DNA of 64,000 nt from an uncultured Elusimicrobiaceae bacterium (GTDB taxonomy: Bacteria; Elusimicrobiota; Elusimicrobia; Elusimicrobiales; UBA9959), in assembly GCA_964417965.1 (NCBI GenBank), contig CAYQJX010000014.1, positions 50-64,049 of the forward strand, read 5' to 3'. Below are positions 1-8,991 of this stretch, one piece after another. The notes beneath the pieces were generated by a model. That model was not told the origin of the DNA. It searched no databases and saw only the letters and a program-made list of their open reading frames with translations. Position numbers and translations under genes: made by a program. Every line of letters starts with the position of its first letter. The stretch's first letter is position 1.

Positions 1-43
1 CAGCGGTTTATCCCCTGTTTATCCCCTGGTTGTGCCGGATTGG

Positions 44-667
44 CTATTCTATCGCTATCAGCACTTCGTTGCGGCGCATGAACGGCGGGGTCCACGGCGG
101 GTTATAAAAAGCTGTGACAGGGGCTGAAACCGGCTTCAGCCCGTCGCGTTCCAGGGCGGCCGCCAGCTTTTGCGTCTTGCTCTTTACTGTCGCCGCGGAA
201 CCCCAGCCCGAAAAGCGGAGCACGGCGGCCTTGTAGCCGGGCACCGCGCGCAGCGTAACTTTCTGGCTCGCGGGTTTCGGCAGGTCTTCAAGCTTCATGC
301 CGGCGGGCATGATAAAAGCCATAACTCCGCCGCCGGGGCTTTCCCGCTGCAGCACCGGCGCGGTCATGGCCAGTTTCTGCCCGCCGCCCCCGCCGGATCG
401 CAGCACCGGCGCGGTCATAGCCAGTTTTGAATTGGCTGTGTTGCCGCCGGAAATATAATTGAACAGTTCGCGGAAGCCGCTGTCCCCGGCTGCGTCCGGC
501 ATGGGCGTCTCGGCCAGTATATACGGCGCATACTGCCTTATCTCATAACCGTCTTTCTTGGCGACGACGGAGTATTCGGGCACGGGCACGTTTCTCGTAG
601 GCAGGTAGCCGCTGATGACCCAGGCGCCTAGCAGGACGACCGGTACCAATATAAACGCGGGGCTCAT
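44..667 (-). CDS. SOUL heme-binding family protein with N-terminal membrane anchor
   Basis: 207-aa ORF. Hydrophobic N-terminus followed by YEIRQY, FRELFNYISGGN, AMTAPV and FIMP motifs typical of SOUL/HBP proteins. Confidence 0.7.
   Translation of the reverse strand: MSPAFILVPVVLLGAWVISGYLPTRNVPVPEYSVVAKKDGYEIRQYAPYILAETPMPDAAGDSGFRELFNYISGGNTANSKLAMTAPVLRSGGGGGQKLAMTAPVLQRESPGGGVMAFIMPAGMKLEDLPKPASQKVTLRAVPGYKAAVLRFSGWGSAATVKSKTQKLAAALERDGLKPVSAPVTAFYNPPWTPPFMRRNEVLIAIE
349..427. repeat. In-frame 51-nt tandem duplication inside the SOUL-family gene
   Basis: The 28-mer gcagcaccggcgcggtcatRgccagttt occurs at 349-376 and 400-427. The protein reads KLAMTAPVL...GGGGG...KLAMTAPVL. Confidence 0.8.
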
Positions 668-668
668 A

Positions 669-1250
669 TTAAAGCCCGCCGACGACAGCCCGGACCCGGG
701 CCAGGTAGGCCGCGCGCTTCTCGTCGGTGGAAGAGGGCACCCCGCCGAACCAGGCGTGCTCTTTCACCTTCATCTTGCAGAACCCGAAGATGCCGCCGTC
801 GCTGGTCTTGGCCATGGCGGCCAGCATCAGCGTGAGGCGGTAGAACAAGGTCGGCGCCCCCATAGTGGTGAACAGGCAGACTTCCTTGCCCGCCAGTTTG
901 AATGTCGAGAGGTCCTTAAAGTCGTAGGAATAAGCGAAGCCGTACGAGAAGACCCGGTCGATATAGCCTTTGAGCAGCGCGGGCAGGCCGGCCCACCAGA
1001 CGGGATAGATCACGATGACGCGGTCCGCCTTCAGCAGCAGTTCCTGTTCCGCCCGGATGTCGTCGGAGACGCGGCCGTCCTTGGCGTCCATAAAGTCCCC
1101 CGCTGTTTTGACCGGGCTGAAGTTAAGCGAATAAAGGTCGCGCACTTGCGCCTCCTGGCCTTTTGCTTTCAGGCCGTCCAGCACGGTTTCCAGGATGGCG
1201 TGACAGAAACTTTTGGGGTTGGGGTGGCAGTAAAGAATAAGGTTTTTCAT
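669..1250 (-). CDS. NAD(P)H dehydrogenase (quinone), flavodoxin-like fold family (YwrO/KefG-like)
   Basis: 193-aa ORF with MKNLILYCHPNPKSF N-terminus and a later YPVWW motif typical of Flavodoxin_2 quinone reductases. GAGG Shine-Dalgarno upstream. Confidence 0.7.
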   Translation of the reverse strand: MKNLILYCHPNPKSFCHAILETVLDGLKAKGQEAQVRDLYSLNFSPVKTAGDFMDAKDGRVSDDIRAEQELLLKADRVIVIYPVWWAGLPALLKGYIDRVFSYGFAYSYDFKDLSTFKLAGKEVCLFTTMGAPTLFYRLTLMLAAMAKTSDGGIFGFCKMKVKEHAWFGGVPSSTDEKRAAYLARVRAVVGGL

Positions 1251-1318
1251 AGGATACCTCTATGGCTGATCCGGCAGTGCAACCTGATCATCTAAGCATT
1301 TTCTGAGCGCAGGCGCGG

Positions 1319-2134
1319 TCACGGGGCGGTCAGGTGGCGGACGGCGGCGGAGGCGCAGGCCATGCCGAAGGCGCCGGTCACGAAGCCCGCCGTTCCCAGT
1401 ACCACGCTTTTCTTGGTGCAGCTCTGAAAGTCGTTCTCTCCCTGGGGGCAAAGGCAGCCGGCTTTGCAGTCGGTCAGCGCCACGGATTCGTGCGGCCTGC
1501 GGAACGGTTCCAGGGTGCAGACGGCCTGCACGCCGAAATCTCCCTTTTTGGGGAAGCCGTACTTTTCCCGCAGGATGCCGCGCACCGCCCGCGCCAGCGG
1601 GTCCGCCTCGGTCCTTCCCAGGTCCATCAGGCGCACCTGCGTCGGGTCCAGCCTGCCGCCGGAGCCGGTGGAAACCACCAGCGGCACCTTCTGCTCGCGG
1701 CAGTAGTTGATCAGGAAGCACTTGGAGGTGATGTGGTCTATGGCGTCTATGACGAAATCCGGGCGTTCGGCCATGAGGGAAGCGCAGGTGTCGTGGTTGA
1801 AGTAATTCGCCACGCCGTCTACGCGCGCCTCCGGGTTCACCAGGCGCAGGCGGGCCGCCAGCAGCGTGGCCTTGGGCTGGCCTATGGTCCCGCTCAGCGC
1901 CTGCAGCTGGCGGTTGAAGTTGCGGATGCAGACCGTGTCGAAATCCACCACCGTCACGCGCCCGACGGCCGCGCGCGCTACCGTCTCCGCCGCCCAGGAG
2001 CCCACCCCCCCGCAGCCTATCACCATGACGTGGGCCTTGCGCAGCTTCTCCATGGCTTCCGGGCCTACCAGCCGGGTCATGCGGTCGAAGCGGCGCTCCG
2101 GGTCTTCCATCTGTGAAAAATCGGTATTGTTCAT
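1319..2134 (-). CDS. tcdA: tRNA threonylcarbamoyladenosine dehydratase (ThiF/E1-like)
   Basis: 271 aa. RFDRMTRL, VIGCGGVGSWAAE, FNRQ and DAID motifs are collinear with E. coli TcdA/CsdL. Confidence 0.8.
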   Translation of the reverse strand: MNNTDFSQMEDPERRFDRMTRLVGPEAMEKLRKAHVMVIGCGGVGSWAAETVARAAVGRVTVVDFDTVCIRNFNRQLQALSGTIGQPKATLLAARLRLVNPEARVDGVANYFNHDTCASLMAERPDFVIDAIDHITSKCFLINYCREQKVPLVVSTGSGGRLDPTQVRLMDLGRTEADPLARAVRGILREKYGFPKKGDFGVQAVCTLEPFRRPHESVALTDCKAGCLCPQGENDFQSCTKKSVVLGTAGFVTGAFGMACASAAVRHLTAP

Positions 2135-2803
2135 TTAAAGCTCCATGTCGCGCCCGGAAGTCTCCGCCGAGAACTGCCGCAGGAAAGCTTCCATGAAGCG
2201 GTGGCGGCCGGCGGCGGCGCGCCGGCCTTTGGGCGTGTTCATCAGGCCCTTGAGCAGCAGCAGCTTCTCGTGGAAATGGTTTATGGTCGGGCCGGCCGAG
2301 CCGGAGTAGGCTTTTGCGGACTTGTGCAGTACGGGTTTTACCGCCGGGTCGTAGATGTCCCTGCCCTTGGCCCCGCCGTAGGCGAAAGCGCGGGCTATGC
2401 CGATGGCCCCTATGGCGTCCAGGCGGTCGGCGTCCTGCATGAGGCGGCCTTCCAGGGTGGCTATGCGGTTGCGCACCTTTGCCCCTTTAAAGGACGACTT
2501 GGCTATGATGTCGGCTACCTTCGCCACTGTGGGCGTGTCTACTCCCAGGCTCCGCAGCCAGGCCGCGGCCTTCTTCGGCCCGGCGGCTTCGTCGCCGCCG
2601 TGGAATTTCCAGTCGGCGATGTCGTGCAGCAGGGCCGCCAGCTCCACCACGTACATATCGGCCCCGGAGCCTTTGCCCAGCAGCCTGGCGTTGGCCCACA
2701 CGCGCTCGACGTGCAGCCAGTCGTGCCCGGTGGCCTCGCGGCCCAGGGTCTTGCGCGCGTAGGCGGCGGTCCTGCGGACTATCTCCCGCTGTTCTTTGTT
2801 CAT
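2135..2803 (-). CDS. HD-domain metal-dependent phosphohydrolase
   Basis: Real start is the internal ATG at 2803 (MNKEQREIV), which overlaps the upstream stop as ATGA. H...HD (LLHDIAD) and DADRLDAIG motifs. The upstream part of ORF 2135..3220 is Arg/His-rich junk overlapping the peptidase gene. Confidence 0.75.
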   Translation of the reverse strand: MNKEQREIVRRTAAYARKTLGREATGHDWLHVERVWANARLLGKGSGADMYVVELAALLHDIADWKFHGGDEAAGPKKAAAWLRSLGVDTPTVAKVADIIAKSSFKGAKVRNRIATLEGRLMQDADRLDAIGAIGIARAFAYGGAKGRDIYDPAVKPVLHKSAKAYSGSAGPTINHFHEKLLLLKGLMNTPKGRRAAAGRHRFMEAFLRQFSAETSGRDMEL

Positions 2804-4599
2804 CAGCGGGCGAGGTTGGCGATGGCGGCGTTGACGGCCGCGGCGTAGGCCTTGAACCCCGTCTGCAGGTCGCCGGGCTGCACCGCGTACGGGATGTCCG
2901 GGGTGACGCCGAGGCTCTCTATAGGCTGCCCGTTGGAGCGGATGGCGATGGTCTCGGTCAGGCTGAAGTTGTTCATGCCCAGCAGGCTGTTCTGGTATTT
3001 GTATTTTTTCACCGCGCCGCCGGCGCCGCCGGTGCGGGCGCCGAAGGTGACGGCCTTGCGGTTGTCCTGCATGATGGCCGGGAAGAAGTCGCCGCAGGAG
3101 GCGTCCAGTTCGTTGGTGAGGATCATGATGGGCTTGGTGAAGCGCGGCCCGTAGGCGGGCTGTATCCTGGAGATGCCCATGTGCGGCAGGGGGTCGGTGA
3201 GCTTCTTGCCTTCGCCCCATTGCTTGATCACGGCCTTGTCGAATTCGCGGAAATCGTTAACAAAGCCGAGAGAAACGGGGTAGCCGGCTATGGTTTCGCC
3301 CATCTCCGCTATGGCGTCCGCCTCGGTTTTGATGGCCATGGATTCTCCCAGGTCCGCAACCGCGGCTGACACGTCGGCGGGGGTGAGCGTTATCCGGTGC
3401 CTGGGGACTTCCAGCGGCGTGTCGGTCAGCATGGACGCCAGGGCGTACATGTAGACAACTATGCCGCCGGGGTTGTTGAGCTGGTCTATCACCAGCGCGT
3501 CCGCGCTCCGGGCGAACTCGGAAATTATTTTCGCGAAGTCGCGCGCCAGGGCGTCGGGTTTGTCCACCATGTAGGTGGGGATGCGGATATAGCCGGTATT
3601 TTTTCCGTTGGCCGGGTTGCGGTAGATGTAAGCCCTGAACCCGGAATTAGGCGCCTGCCAGACTTTCTCGCCGAGGTCGGGCAGGTAGCCGTCCCTGTCC
3701 CCCGAGCCGAAGCCGGCGGCCTGCGCGCCGGCGTAAGGCAGCAGGTCGGCGTACATCACCGACATCCAGTCGAAAGGCAGCTGCCGGCCGAGGGACTTTG
3801 AGACGAAAGCCTGGGGCGGGATGAGCTCCGGGCGGTAGGTCCAGTCAAGTTTTACGGGCACGGCCTCTACGGCGCCCGCCGGCTTTATGGAGATGGAGAC
3901 GGGGCCCTGGGGCATGTCGTCGGCGATGGCGCCCGCGCGGACCCGCAGCAGCGAGGCGGCCTGGGCGCGGTCCGCGCCGGGCACGTTGTTCATGCCGGCG
4001 GCAGCCATGTAGTCGGCTATCGCCGTATCCATGTCCTTGCCGTCGAAAGCCGTCACCTCGTCGCCGATCTTGAACGGGAACGCGGCCTCGGGCAGTTTGG
4101 TCCGGTCGATGAAAGTAAGGTAGTACTTGCCGCCGGATTCGGTGATGGCTATGGGCAGCACGGCCACCGCGGTGGAATAAAAGTCGACGGAGACGTGGTA
4201 GTCCTGGGTGGAGGCGAAGAGCCGTTTTACCAGCCTGCGGTATTCGGTCACGCTGATGTTAGGATCGGCGTTCACCGCGTCCCTGGCCTTCTGTATCTCG
4301 GCGTCCAGGCTCCAGCCGTTGAGCTGGCCTTTCCAGCCGGCCGGCGCGTAGCGGGCCTCGAAGAGGTTCTTTATCGAGTCCAGGTCGGAGAGCATCATCT
4401 GCCTGAGCTGAGCCTGGTTTACGCCCGGGTTGTCGGGAACGCCGGCCGCGCGCGCCGCGTTGTCGTAGGCCCTGCCGTAATCTTGCGGCGAGGAGCCGGC
4501 CAGGCCTTCCAGCTCGTCGAGGGAGGAGGCGGAGGCGGAGGGAGCTAAAAGCATGAAGGAGCAAAGGGCGGAGAACAGTCCTTTAACGGGATATATCAT
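2803..4599 (-). CDS. Secreted S41-family serine peptidase (tail-specific / CPAF-like architecture)
   Basis: 598 aa with a signal peptide (LLAPSASASS). IDQLNNPGG and LTNELDASCGDFFP...GARTGGAGG motifs match the S41 catalytic core. A PDZ-like stretch (FKIGDEVTAFDG) lies upstream of it. Confidence 0.65.
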   Translation of the reverse strand: MIYPVKGLFSALCSFMLLAPSASASSLDELEGLAGSSPQDYGRAYDNAARAAGVPDNPGVNQAQLRQMMLSDLDSIKNLFEARYAPAGWKGQLNGWSLDAEIQKARDAVNADPNISVTEYRRLVKRLFASTQDYHVSVDFYSTAVAVLPIAITESGGKYYLTFIDRTKLPEAAFPFKIGDEVTAFDGKDMDTAIADYMAAAGMNNVPGADRAQAASLLRVRAGAIADDMPQGPVSISIKPAGAVEAVPVKLDWTYRPELIPPQAFVSKSLGRQLPFDWMSVMYADLLPYAGAQAAGFGSGDRDGYLPDLGEKVWQAPNSGFRAYIYRNPANGKNTGYIRIPTYMVDKPDALARDFAKIISEFARSADALVIDQLNNPGGIVVYMYALASMLTDTPLEVPRHRITLTPADVSAAVADLGESMAIKTEADAIAEMGETIAGYPVSLGFVNDFREFDKAVIKQWGEGKKLTDPLPHMGISRIQPAYGPRFTKPIMILTNELDASCGDFFPAIMQDNRKAVTFGARTGGAGGAVKKYKYQNSLLGMNNFSLTETIAIRSNGQPIESLGVTPDIPYAVQPGDLQTGFKAYAAAVNAAIANLAR

Positions 4600-4605
4600 A
4601 AATAT

Positions 4606-4611
4606 ATTATA
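4606..4611 (-). promoter_or_regulatory. -10 box TATAAT placed 6 nt before the ATG (leaderless-type start)
   Basis: The sense strand reads TATAAT-ATATTT-ATG(4599). No Shine-Dalgarno is possible in that space. Confidence 0.45.
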
Positions 4612-4663
4612 GCCGCGCGGGAAGCGCGGCGACAGGTACTAAAGGCCCTGCTTTTTATGGGCC

Positions 4664-5698
4664 TTAAGGTCTGGGGCGGCAGCCTTCGGTGTGTTTGATT
4701 ATCTGGTTCATCATGCGCACGGCCTCTACGGGGTATTTGCCCGCGGCGGTCTCGGCCGAGAGCATCACGTAGTCGGTGCCGTCCAGCACGGCGTTGGCCA
4801 CGTCGGAAACTTCGGCCCGGGTGGGGATGGGGTTGCCGGTCATGGTCTCCAGCATCTGCGTGGCGGTGATGACGGGTTTGCCGAGGCGGTTGCACAGGGC
4901 GATAATGCGCTTCTGCAGCATGGGCACTTCCCACAGCGGGAACATCACGCCCATATCCCCCCGCGCCACCATTACGCCGTCGGCGGCCTTAACTATCTCT
5001 TCCAGGTTCTTAACGGCCTCGCGGGCCTCTATCTTGGCTATGATCCTGCAGTTCGGCAGGCGCGGCTTTACCAGCCGGGCCACTGCCAGCACGTCTTCTT
5101 TTGTGCGCACGAAGGACTGGGCTATAAAATCTGGCTTGAGCGTAAGGCCGAAAGCTATGTCCGCCCTGTCCTCGTCAGACAGGAGCGGGAAGTCCAGGCG
5201 GGCCAGGGGAATGTTCACGCCTTTGCGCTCCTTCAGCGTCCCCCCCGCCGTCACCTCGCAGGCCAGCGAGTCGCGCCCCACGCTTTTAACTTCCAGGGCG
5301 ATGTTGCCGTCGTCGATGTAGACGAAGTGGCCTTTCTTTATCACCTTGAGCGAGCCGCGGTAATCGAAAGGGATCTCCCCCGAGCGGCAGGCGCGCCCGG
5401 GCTGCACCAGGGCTACGCGGTCGCGCTTCTTTAACTCCAGCGGCGCGGGCAGCCGGCCTATCCTGATGCGGTTGCCCTTGAGGTCCTGCAGTATGAGTAT
5501 ATGGCGGCGCAGTTTGCGGTTGAGTTCGCGTACCAGGGCCACGCGGGCGGCGTGGCTGGCGTTGTCGCCGTGGGAAAAGTTCAGGCGGACGGCGTCCAGG
5601 CCGGCGGCGTAGAGCCGGCGCAGCAGGGCCGGGGAGGAACTGGCCGGGCCGAGGGTGGCGAGGATCCTGGTCCTGGGGCAGCGGGGCTTTTTTAGCAT
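4664..5698 (-). CDS. pyk: Pyruvate kinase, short form lacking the C-terminal domain
   Basis: [27 protein letters not shown] and [12 protein letters not shown] motifs. ATG at 5698 is preferred over the TTG at 5713. The protein is 344 aa and ends just after the barrel. Confidence 0.85.
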   Translation of the reverse strand: MLKKPRCPRTRILATLGPASSSPALLRRLYAAGLDAVRLNFSHGDNASHAARVALVRELNRKLRRHILILQDLKGNRIRIGRLPAPLELKKRDRVALVQPGRACRSGEIPFDYRGSLKVIKKGHFVYIDDGNIALEVKSVGRDSLACEVTAGGTLKERKGVNIPLARLDFPLLSDEDRADIAFGLTLKPDFIAQSFVRTKEDVLAVARLVKPRLPNCRIIAKIEAREAVKNLEEIVKAADGVMVARGDMGVMFPLWEVPMLQKRIIALCNRLGKPVITATQMLETMTGNPIPTRAEVSDVANAVLDGTDYVMLSAETAAGKYPVEAVRMMNQIIKHTEGCRPRP

Positions 5699-5704
5699 GT
5701 GATT

Positions 5705-5710
5705 ATTGTA
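5705..5710 (-). promoter_or_regulatory. -10 box TACAAT placed 6 nt before the pyk ATG
   Basis: The sense strand reads TTTTTG-TACAAT-AATCAC-ATG(5698). Confidence 0.45.
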
Positions 5711-5726
5711 CAAAAACGTAGATATG

Positions 5727-5781
5727 GGAACAGCCGCCTAGACGGGGCCCCTGGGGAGCTCCACGAAAAGACGGCTGTTCC
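5727..5781 (-). other. Intergenic hairpin between tal and pyk (10-bp stem)
   Basis: ggaacagccg (5727-5736) pairs with cggctgttcc (5772-5781). The loop contains the ggggcccc palindrome. Confidence 0.3.
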
Positions 5782-5800
5782 TGCGTTAGAGAGACAGTTT

Positions 5801-7777
5801 TTACAGCGCTTTGCAGCGGCGGCGCTTGGAGATCAGGTACTCGCCGTTGCGCTTGTGCATGCGGGCCACCAGCTGGTGGGTGCCGGGCTGGAAGTTGTTC
5901 CAGTCGAACCACCAGTAGCCGACCGCGTGCCTGCAGGGCTGCCAGGGCTGGTCGTTGACGGAAATGTCCACGCCGGTGCAGTCGCTGGCGCCGATGCGCA
6001 CCGAATACTGCCTGGTGGTGACGCTCTCCAGGTTCTTCGGGTAGTCTACGACCACGTATTCGTTGGTGTCAACGATCTTGGTGGCGGGCTTGGTATTGTT
6101 GGTTTTGTTGTTCTTTTTCACGGCTAACTTAAGCATTTCGCTTTCCTCCGCTTGTGGGGCTTTGCCGGTGACTCCGGCTTTGCCAACCCGGGCTAGCCGC
6201 TCGCCCAGAAGGGCCAGGGACTTGTCCAGGGGGTGTTTCAAATGCAGCCTCAGAACGCGCCTGTTCCGTAAATCCATGGCTTCAAAGTCGCCAATGGCCT
6301 GCGCTGTTTCCAGCTGCCAGAAAATATATTTTTCCCCCGAAGCTACTATATCTTTTTCGGCGCCCGCCGTCAAGATGAGCACCAGGGGCCGGCCGGGGCC
6401 GCGGCGGCGGATCTCGCCGGAGGAACGCAGCGCGCCGGTGCCCCGCGTGAGCGGGCACTTTTTGGCGTTGCCCGGGAGGGCGGCGCGGAAATTCTCCACG
6501 GCTTCGGCTACGCCCGGGGCGTCCGGCAGGCAGGAGACCAGCAGCACCCCGCTGCTGACGGAGCGAGCCAGAGCTTCCTCCGGGGTTCCCGCGCCGGCGG
6601 CGGCTGTCTTAAGCGCGGCGGACAACCAGGCTTCGGCCGCGTCGTCGGCCAGGTCCGGCGGCGCCGGCGGGGGCGCGGGCTTTTCCTTGGGCGCGGCCCG
6701 GCGCGCGGCTTCCATAAGGGCCAGGATGCCGTCGTAGGCGCGGGCGAACTTGGCTATGCCGTCGGCCTCCAGCTCCAGCAGGAGGCGCTTGAAATCCACC
6801 CCGGTTTTGGCCAGGGCGGCGAAATAGGCGCGGGCGGCGGCCGCGCGGTCCGCCAGGGGCTGCTTGTTTATCCGCCCGGCGGCGAAGTAAGCCTCCAGGG
6901 CGTCCTCCGGGGCCGTATTGACGGAGCCCTCCAGCGCCAGCTCCTCCATATAGAGGGATGGGCGGTAGGCCGGGTCCTTCACGCTGGTAGACGCCCAGAG
7001 TATGCGCTGCGGCGGCATGCCGGAAGCCATGAAAGGCGTGGTGTAGAAAAGTTCGCGGTACAGCTCGTAGGCCAGCACCGAGTTGGCTATGCCGGCGCGG
7101 CCGAGCAGTTCTTTCGGCGCCCCCCCCGGCAGGGCCTTCAGGGCGGCGTCCACGGCGGTGTCGATGCGGCTGACGAAGAAGCTGGCCACCGAAGCCACGC
7201 CCTCCAGCGGCAGGCGGTTGCGCGAGCGCCAGCTCAGGGCCCCCGTATAGGCCTGGGTGACCGCGCGGTAGCGCTCGACGGAGAAGATCAGGGTGAAATT
7301 TACGCTGACGCCTTTTTTCAGCAGGGCTTCGCCGGCGCTCAGGCCTTCCGGGGTGGCGGGGACCTTTATCATCAGGTTGCGGCGGCCTATCTTTTCGAAC
7401 AGGCGCAGGCCCTCGGCCTCGGTGGCGGCCGCGTCGCGGGCGAGCCTGGGGGCGACTTCCATGCTGACAAAGCCGTCCAGGCAGCCCGAGGCCTCGTAGA
7501 CGGGCTTGAAGATGTCCGCGGCGCGCTGGATGTCCTCTACCGCCAGGGTTTCAAAGATCTTCTCGGCGCCCGCGCCGGCCGCCGCCAGGGCGCGCAGGGG
7601 GCCGGCGTAGCAGTCCAGGGCCAGCGCTTTCTCGAAGATGGAGGGATTGGAGGTGAGCCCCCTGATGACGCGGAAGTCCTTCAGGCGCGAGATCGTGCCG
7701 TCGAGGACCAGGTCGCGCCGCAGGTTGTCCAGCCAGAGGCTCTGGCGGGTGGCGGCTATGTCGGCGGGGGTCAGCAT
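5801..7777 (-). CDS. tal: Transaldolase with ~290-aa C-terminal extension
   Basis: Start is the ATG at 7777, overlapping the rpiB stop (TAATG). SLWLDNL, GLTSNPSIF, IKVPAT and SFFVSRID motifs. A Pro-rich linker and two extra regions follow in one continuous frame. Confidence 0.8.
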   Translation of the reverse strand: MLTPADIAATRQSLWLDNLRRDLVLDGTISRLKDFRVIRGLTSNPSIFEKALALDCYAGPLRALAAAGAGAEKIFETLAVEDIQRAADIFKPVYEASGCLDGFVSMEVAPRLARDAAATEAEGLRLFEKIGRRNLMIKVPATPEGLSAGEALLKKGVSVNFTLIFSVERYRAVTQAYTGALSWRSRNRLPLEGVASVASFFVSRIDTAVDAALKALPGGAPKELLGRAGIANSVLAYELYRELFYTTPFMASGMPPQRILWASTSVKDPAYRPSLYMEELALEGSVNTAPEDALEAYFAAGRINKQPLADRAAAARAYFAALAKTGVDFKRLLLELEADGIAKFARAYDGILALMEAARRAAPKEKPAPPPAPPDLADDAAEAWLSAALKTAAAGAGTPEEALARSVSSGVLLVSCLPDAPGVAEAVENFRAALPGNAKKCPLTRGTGALRSSGEIRRRGPGRPLVLILTAGAEKDIVASGEKYIFWQLETAQAIGDFEAMDLRNRRVLRLHLKHPLDKSLALLGERLARVGKAGVTGKAPQAEESEMLKLAVKKNNKTNNTKPATKIVDTNEYVVVDYPKNLESVTTRQYSVRIGASDCTGVDISVNDQPWQPCRHAVGYWWFDWNNFQPGTHQLVARMHKRNGEYLISKRRRCKAL

Positions 7778-8226
7778 TAATTCTTTTTTTCCAAGGCGTT
7801 GATCTTGTCCAGGCGGCGTTGGTGGCGCTCCTCTTTGCTGAACTCGGCGGCGAGGAAGGCCTTGGCGATCTCGAAGGCGAGCGCCTGGCCGATGATGCGG
7901 GCGCCGAGGCAGATCACGTTCATGTCGTCGTGCTCCACGCCCTGGTGGGCGGAGTAGGTGTCGTGGCAGAGGCCGGCGCGGATGCCTTTGATCTTGTTGG
8001 CCGCCACGCAGGCGCCTACGCCGGAGCCGCACACCACTATGGCGCGCCGCGCGGCGCCCGAGGTGACCGCCCGGGCGGCCTTCTCGGCGAAATCGGGGTA
8101 GTCCACGGCCCGGTCAGGAGAGTCGGTGCCGAGGTCCGCCACTTCGTGGCCCAGGGTCTGCAGGTGTTTGGCTAGCAAAACTTTCAGGGGGTATCCCGCG
8201 TGGTCGCTGGCGATGGCTACGTTCAT
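7777..8226 (-). CDS. rpiB: Ribose-5-phosphate isomerase B
   Basis: 149 aa. IASDHAGY, VCGSGVG and NVICLGARI motifs. AAGGAAAA Shine-Dalgarno upstream. Confidence 0.9.
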   Translation of the reverse strand: MNVAIASDHAGYPLKVLLAKHLQTLGHEVADLGTDSPDRAVDYPDFAEKAARAVTSGAARRAIVVCGSGVGACVAANKIKGIRAGLCHDTYSAHQGVEHDDMNVICLGARIIGQALAFEIAKAFLAAEFSKEERHQRRLDKINALEKKN

Positions 8227-8244
8227 ATTGTTTTCCTTGCGCCG

Positions 8245-8991
8245 TTAAAGGCGTTCCACTTCGGTCTTCAGGGCCCAGCCCTTTATCCCTTCCTTGGGCA
8301 GGCCGATCTCGTAATAGGTCTCGTCGTCGTAATCCAGGATCTTCACCAGGCGGCCCTCGGGGGCCGAGGCGTAGGTCTTAAAGCTCTCACCCGGCCCGCT
8401 CAGCATGCGCGCCCCCCCCGGCCTGGTGACCACGCCGGCGGCCGTGAAGGTGGAGGACTGCCTGGCGCCCAGCCAGGCCAGCGACAGCAGCAGCAGCGCG
8501 CCCAGCGCCAGCGAGGCCCGGCCCGCCGCCCGCCCCGGCCCGCTGCCGTCGAGCAGGAAGCCGGCGCCGCCGGTGAGGCAGGCCAGCCAGAAGAACAGGA
8601 TGGCGGCCGCCTTCAGCTCGCCGTCGGAGAACAGGTAGTAAAGCAGGTGCAGCGCCTTGGGCGCGCCTTCGGGCACCAGGTTCTGGCCGGTCTGGCGCAG
8701 GGCGAAATCCAGGTTGGCCCTGATGTCGCCCGAGCGCGGGTTGAGCGTGAAGGCCTTGGCGTAGTTGAAGACGGCCGGGCCCATGCGGCCTAGCCTGAAC
8801 TGGGCGTTGCCGGCGTTATACCAGCCCCAGGGGTTGGCCGGCTCTTTTTTTATGACCTTCCGGTAGCCTTCCAGCGCCTCTTCGTAGCGGGCGTTCTTGT
8901 AATGGTCGTTGAACTCGGCCATCTCGCTCAGGTCGTAGGCATAGGCGGCGGCCGGCAGGGCCAGCAGGCAGGCGAGCAGGAGCTTGTTCAT
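8245..8991 (-). CDS. batE: BatE-like TPR + SH3 domain protein
   Basis: Signal peptide, TPR-like N-terminus, two TM helices and a C-terminal SH3-like region (VKILDYDDETYYEI...GWAL). Last gene of the Bat-type operon, with a 4-nt overlap to batD. Confidence 0.6.
   Translation of the reverse strand: MNKLLLACLLALPAAAYAYDLSEMAEFNDHYKNARYEEALEGYRKVIKKEPANPWGWYNAGNAQFRLGRMGPAVFNYAKAFTLNPRSGDIRANLDFALRQTGQNLVPEGAPKALHLLYYLFSDGELKAAAILFFWLACLTGGAGFLLDGSGPGRAAGRASLALGALLLLSLAWLGARQSSTFTAAGVVTRPGGARMLSGPGESFKTYASAPEGRLVKILDYDDETYYEIGLPKEGIKGWALKTEVERL

Noticed and set aside
6-27. Tandem 11-mer gtttatcccct x2 at the extreme left edge of the window
   Set aside because: Only two copies, in the 3' flank of a gene, and cut by the window edge. 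Too little context to interpret.
2804-3220. Long N-terminal extensions of ORFs 2135..3220, 5801..8032, 17191..18981, 35174..36658 and 36211..37788
   Set aside because: The extensions are Arg/His/Pro/Gly-rich and overlap well-supported neighbouring genes in another frame. In each case an internal ATG gives a canonical N-terminus and an ATGA/TAATG coupling or a Shine-Dalgarno.
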